Assembly (NCBI GenBank): GCA_964433975.1
Contig: CAYSSS010000004.1
Coordinates: 1-50,671 of the forward strand
Reading direction: 5' to 3'
Source of the DNA: an uncultured Planctomycetia bacterium
GTDB taxonomy: Bacteria; Omnitrophota; Gorgyraeia; 2-01-FULL-45-10
Length of the DNA: 50,671 bases
The translations under genes and the position numbers were made by a program. Positions within the stretch are counted from its first letter, which is position 1; each line of letters opens with the position of its first letter. Below are positions 46,881-50,671 of the stretch, one piece after another. The notes beneath the pieces were generated by a model, which saw nothing but the letters and a program-made list of their open reading frames with translations, made no database searches and was not told where the DNA came from.

Positions 46881-47603
46881 ATGCATCTATTAGAGACGAC
46901 CGGCTTGATGAAGACTTACGGCAAGAGGTGTGTGGTAGATAGCGTGGATATTAATGTCAAGAGAGGAGAAGTCGTAGGGCTTTTGGGTCCGAACGGAGCC
47001 GGCAAGACTACCACCTTTTATATGATCACGGGCCTTATAGCTCCCGATAGTGGTAGGATAATCTTTGACAGGCAGGATATAACCGGTATGCCGATGCATA
47101 TGCGCGCGCGCTCAGGTATCGGGTATCTCTCCCAGGAGCCTTCGATATTTCGGAAGCTTACGGTCGAGGAGAATATAATGGCGGTTCTCGAGACGCTGGA
47201 CTTTTCGCCTCGTGAACGCAAGAGAAGATGCGATGAGCTGTTGAACGAGCTCAAGACAACGCACCTCAGGAAGAATATGGCATATACTCTTTCAGGAGGG
47301 GAGAAGAGGCGCGTGGAGATAACCAGGGCGCTCGTCACAAATCCGATGTTTATATTACTGGATGAGCCCTTCAGCGGGATAGACCCGATAGCTGTCGGCG
47401 AATGCCAGGAGATAATAAAAGAGCTGCGGAATAAAGGATTGGGCATACTGCTAACGGATCACAACGTGAGGGAGACCCTGACCATATGCGACCGCTCCTA
47501 TCTCATGGCGGGAGGCAGGATTCTCATATCCGGGCCGAAAGAAGAGCTGATCTCGGATCCCAAGGCCAGGGAGATATATCTCGGTGAAAAATTTTCTATG
47601 TAA
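46881..47603 (+). CDS. lptB: LPS export ABC ATPase LptB
   Basis: GPNGAGKTT, YLSQEPSIFRKL, LSGGE, LLDEPF, TDHNVRETL, YLGE. Confidence 0.97.
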   Translation: MHLLETTGLMKTYGKRCVVDSVDINVKRGEVVGLLGPNGAGKTTTFYMITGLIAPDSGRIIFDRQDITGMPMHMRARSGIGYLSQEPSIFRKLTVEENIMAVLETLDFSPRERKRRCDELLNELKTTHLRKNMAYTLSGGEKRRVEITRALVTNPMFILLDEPFSGIDPIAVGECQEIIKELRNKGLGILLTDHNVRETLTICDRSYLMAGGRILISGPKEELISDPKAREIYLGEKFSM

Positions 47604-47682
47604 TGCGTGCGGAAAATTCCACGAAGTGAAATTTTTAATATGATGCGTACGGAAAATTCCACGAAGCGAAATTTTCAATGTG
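47603..47682. repeat. 40-bp tandem duplication, each unit a hairpin
   Basis: ATGCGT(G/A)CGGAAAATTCCACGAAG(T/C)GAAATTTT(T/C)AAT(A/G)TG twice, 36/40 identical. Confidence 0.85.
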
Positions 47683-47717
47683 ACCATATTCAATGTTGTT
47701 GTGAGGTATTGAATATG

Positions 47718-47792
47718 GTCATTACAAGGACGAAGTCCGAAGCAATCTCAAAAAACGAGATTGCTTTAGTCGCTTCGCTCCTTCGCAATGAC
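47718..47792. repeat. GTCATTGCG...GCAATGAC-type palindromic element (RPE/REP-like)
   Basis: GTCATT...AAGCAATCTC-AAAAAAC-GAGATTGCTT...GCAATGAC. Confidence 0.75.
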
Positions 47793-47812
47793 GGTTAGTG
47801 CCATTTGTTATA

Positions 47813-47841
47813 TTGCGGTGATATAGGTTTTGTGATATAAT
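47813..47841 (+). promoter_or_regulatory. Sigma70-type promoter of tig-clpP
   Basis: TTGCGG, 17 bp, TATAAT, with an extended -10 TG. Confidence 0.75.
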
Positions 47842-47941
47842 TACGACTTCCAAAAATTAGGAGAGAGATGAACCCCGTTACACCTTTTAAAATTAGTCGT
47901 TAGTGTGGTGGGGTATAATATTTGAGCTGGAGGTGTACTGG

Positions 47942-49219
47942 GTGAAGACGAAGGCGAAAGCAATAGAAGAGTGTTCCACTCTTTTTGAGATAGAGGTCCC
48001 TAAAGAGACTGTCGACCAGGCGTTCGAGGAAGTCTACAGCGGGATAGCCAAGGCGGCCTCTGTGCCGGGCTTCAGGCCCGGGAAGGCTCCTAAGGAGCTC
48101 GTGAAAAAGCATTACTCTAAAGAAGCGAAGAAAGAGGTGATAAATCATCTCGTTCCGGATGCCTACCAGAAGGCTGTGGATGAACACAAGATAGACCCCA
48201 TAGGTTTTCCCGATATAACCGACTTAATATTTGAGGAGGGCAAAGCGATGTCCTTCAGGGCAAAGACGGATACCAGGCCGAAGTTCAAGTTAAAAAATTA
48301 TAAGGGGATAGAGGTTGAGAAGAAGAAGGCGATAGTTAAAGACGAAGATATCGATAAGGCTCTGGAAAATCTCAGGCAATACAGCGCCAGGTATCTGGCG
48401 GTCGAAGACAGACCTGCAGCGATGAATGATTACGTGGTGAGCGATCTCGATTGCACGGTGGACGCAAAACCGGCTCATAAGAAGAGGGAGAACCTCTGGC
48501 TTTACCTAGAAAAGGGCTCTATCATGAGCGGCCTAACCGAGAAGATGGTCGGGATGAACAAGAATGATGAGCGCGATATCGAGGTGGAGCTGCCCAAGGA
48601 GTATCCGGATAAAAATATTGCCGGCAAGAAGGCCATTTACCACGTCAAGGCCAAGGAGATAAAAGTAAGAAGCCTGCCCGGCGTAGACGATGAATTCGCG
48701 AAGGACCTGGGAAAAGAGAACCTGGCGGACCTGAAGAAAGAAGTGGCGAAGGAGCTTGAAAATAAGATGAGGTCCGACAACGAGATAGCCGCGGAGAATC
48801 AGCTGCTCAATAAGATCATAGACGCTAACGACTTCGCCGTACCGTCCGCGCTTGTAAAGAAACAGATACGCTTGATGTCCGAAAACGCCAAGGTGCGCCT
48901 GGAGGAAAAAGGTTTTAAGAAAGAAGATCTTGATAAAAGGAACGGCGAGCTGGAAGAGCGTTTTAAGGATGACGCGCTCAAGCAGGTCCGCCTATTATTC
49001 ATACTCGATAGAATAGCCAAGGATGAAGATATCAAAGTCGACGCTAAGGATCTCGAGGATGCATACAAGTCGATATCCGTAAGGTCCGATAAGAGCGAAA
49101 AAGATGTCAAGGATCATTACGAGAAAGAAGGCCTTGTCGACAGCCTGCTTGAAAGAATTAGAGAGGAGAAGACGATAAGTTTTCTCTTGAAGAGCGCCGA
49201 GATAAAAGAGAAGGATTAG
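47942..49219 (+). CDS. tig: Trigger factor
   Basis: Ribosome-binding signature PGFRPGKAP; RBS GGAGGT before GTG 47942; precedes clpP. Confidence 0.95.
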   Translation: MKTKAKAIEECSTLFEIEVPKETVDQAFEEVYSGIAKAASVPGFRPGKAPKELVKKHYSKEAKKEVINHLVPDAYQKAVDEHKIDPIGFPDITDLIFEEGKAMSFRAKTDTRPKFKLKNYKGIEVEKKKAIVKDEDIDKALENLRQYSARYLAVEDRPAAMNDYVVSDLDCTVDAKPAHKKRENLWLYLEKGSIMSGLTEKMVGMNKNDERDIEVELPKEYPDKNIAGKKAIYHVKAKEIKVRSLPGVDDEFAKDLGKENLADLKKEVAKELENKMRSDNEIAAENQLLNKIIDANDFAVPSALVKKQIRLMSENAKVRLEEKGFKKEDLDKRNGELEERFKDDALKQVRLLFILDRIAKDEDIKVDAKDLEDAYKSISVRSDKSEKDVKDHYEKEGLVDSLLERIREEKTISFLLKSAEIKEKD

Positions 49220-49299
49220 CGGCGGAGATGTCCTTCGGCTGCTCCGGTTTGTCGCAGCCGCAGGATCAATTTTGTTTCACAAAATTGGGGGGCTGGATC

Positions 49300-49911
49300 A
49301 TGAGTATACTTGTTCCTATGGTAATTGAGACAACCGGTAGAGGCGAGAGGGCGTATGATATTTATTCAAGGCTTCTGAAGGACAGGATTATCTTTATAGG
49401 TACGGCCATAGACGATGTGGTCGCCAATCTAATCATAGCCCAGATATTGTTCCTGCAGATGGAAGATCAGGATAAGGATGTATCCATATACATAAATACG
49501 CCGGGCGGATCCGTTACGAGCGGATTGGCGATTTACGATACTATGCAGTTCATTAAACCCGACGTCAACACTTATTGCGTGGGCCAGGCTACCAGCATGG
49601 GGGCGCTTCTCCTGGCCGCCGGCACGGCCGGAAAACGTTATGCTCTTCCGCACTCGCGCATCATGATACATCAGCCATGGGGCGGAGTGCAGGGCGCGGC
49701 ATCAGATATCAGCATACAGGCGCAGGAGATACTGAGATTGCGCGCGAGGCTCGAAGAGATACTGGCTAAACACACGAAGCAGCCTCTGGAGAAGATAAAG
49801 AAGGACAGCGACAGGGACTACTTCATGTCAGCCGAAGAGGCGAAGGCATACGGTATCGTGGACGAAGTGGTAGAGAATATCACGAAGAAGTCCCGCCGGA
49901 CAGCTTTATAG
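49300..49911 (+). CDS. clpP: ClpP protease proteolytic subunit
   Basis: [24 protein letters not shown] (catalytic Ser), MIHQP (His), DRD (Asp). Confidence 0.98.
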   Translation: MSILVPMVIETTGRGERAYDIYSRLLKDRIIFIGTAIDDVVANLIIAQILFLQMEDQDKDVSIYINTPGGSVTSGLAIYDTMQFIKPDVNTYCVGQATSMGALLLAAGTAGKRYALPHSRIMIHQPWGGVQGAASDISIQAQEILRLRARLEEILAKHTKQPLEKIKKDSDRDYFMSAEEAKAYGIVDEVVENITKKSRRTAL

Positions 49912-50023
49912 CAATAGGCGAGATTTTTAAAGGTGTCCGCGGGATCCCGCAAAACACCTTAAAAAAAGTAAGGCTACTATTAAAGATGTTTTGCGGGAAA
50001 AAAATAAAATAGGAGAGGCTAAG

Positions 50024-50671
50024 ATGAGCAAGGAGTATTTGATGACGCCGGGGCCCACGCCGGTCCCCGAAGATATAAGGCTTGAGATGGCCAAGCCCAT
50101 TATCCATCACAGGACGAAGGAGTACCAGGCCATATTCAAAGATGCGACAGAAGGATTGAAGAAGATATTAAAGACATCGAATGACGTCTTCACGTTCACA
50201 TCCAGCGGGACGGGTGCGATGGAGGCATCCGTGGTAAATGTCCTTTCACCCGGTGACAAGATAATAGTAGTCCGCGGAGGGAAGTTCGGAGAGAGGTTTG
50301 GCGATATAGCCAAGGCGTACGGCGTTGAAGTCATCCCGATAGACGTGGAATGGGGCACCGGTCCTAAGCCCGCGGTAATAAAGGAGACATTAGAGAAGAA
50401 TCCGGGGGTGAAGGCTGTATATACGACCCTTTGCGAAACATCCACGGCAACCGTTTTTGATATAAAGGCGATCGGAGAGATCGTGAAGGCTACGGACGCG
50501 CTCTTTGTGGTCGATACGATAAGCGGCCTCGGAGCCGATGACTTTGAAAATGATAAATGGGCCGTAGATATAGCGGTATGCGGTTCGCAGAAGGGCCTTA
50601 TGATACCACCGGGGCTCGGTTTTTGCTCGGTCAGCGAAAAGGCGTGGAAAGCGGTAGAAACTTCCCGGCTT
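50024..50671 (+). CDS. Class V PLP aminotransferase (serine-pyruvate/alanine-glyoxylate family), 3'-truncated
   Basis: Translated by eye: MSKEYLMTPGPTPVP, HHRT, SSGTGAMEA, GKFGERF, ETST, VVDTIS, GSQKGL. RBS AGGAG. Missing from the ORF track because it runs off the window. Confidence 0.92.
   Translation, partial: MSKEYLMTPGPTPVPEDIRLEMAKPIIHHRTKEYQAIFKDATEGLKKILKTSNDVFTFTSSGTGAMEASVVNVLSPGDKIIVVRGGKFGERFGDIAKAYGVEVIPIDVEWGTGPKPAVIKETLEKNPGVKAVYTTLCETSTATVFDIKAIGEIVKATDALFVVDTISGLGADDFENDKWAVDIAVCGSQKGLMIPPGLGFCSVSEKAWKAVETSRL

Noticed and set aside
47603-47682. Possible CRISPR mini-array, and ORFs 47607-47798 and 47451-47693
   Set aside because: Two adjacent 40-bp units without a spacer; the ORFs are translations of repeats.
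47842-47941. tRNA upstream of tig
   Set aside because: No cloverleaf or GTTCRA T-loop is present.
1-50671. Autonomous mobile elements, prophage or defence systems
   Set aside because: No transposase, integrase, reverse transcriptase or phage genes were recognised.

Overview
Bacterial chromosomal housekeeping region with every supported protein-coding gene on the + strand. The organism is probably a diderm of the PVC superphylum such as Ca. Omnitrophota (inferred from gene content and fusions, not proven). Order: zinc-ribbon protein, RNase HI, RNase P RNA (rnpB); a dcw cluster from mraZ to ftsA with no ftsZ; a small accessory block (PilZ, two exported hypotheticals, CxxCxxCC protein, transglutaminase-like, NUDIX); yggS-proC-yggT-mtnP-ileS-dksA-like-lspA; a lipid A/Kdo/LPS-core cluster (waaA, lpxK, LpxL-ELM1 fusion, GT4-GT9 fusion, GT4, deacetylase, three GT9, DHS-like, hldA, kdsBADC, lpxL, lptC/A fusion, lptB); then tig-clpP and a truncated class V aminotransferase. 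Most notable observations: (1) FtsA appears to lack most of its FtsZ-binding subdomain 2B and is not followed by ftsZ; (2) a three-copy ~180-200 nt covarying structured element lies near rnpB and beside a ~380 nt highly paired RNA-like structure; (3) a 14-aa MCATCGC-polyK micropeptide has its own promoter, RBS and terminator; (4) the RNase P RNA lacks P13/P14; (5) REP-like palindromes have been domesticated inside waaA. All calls were made by eye with no database searches.
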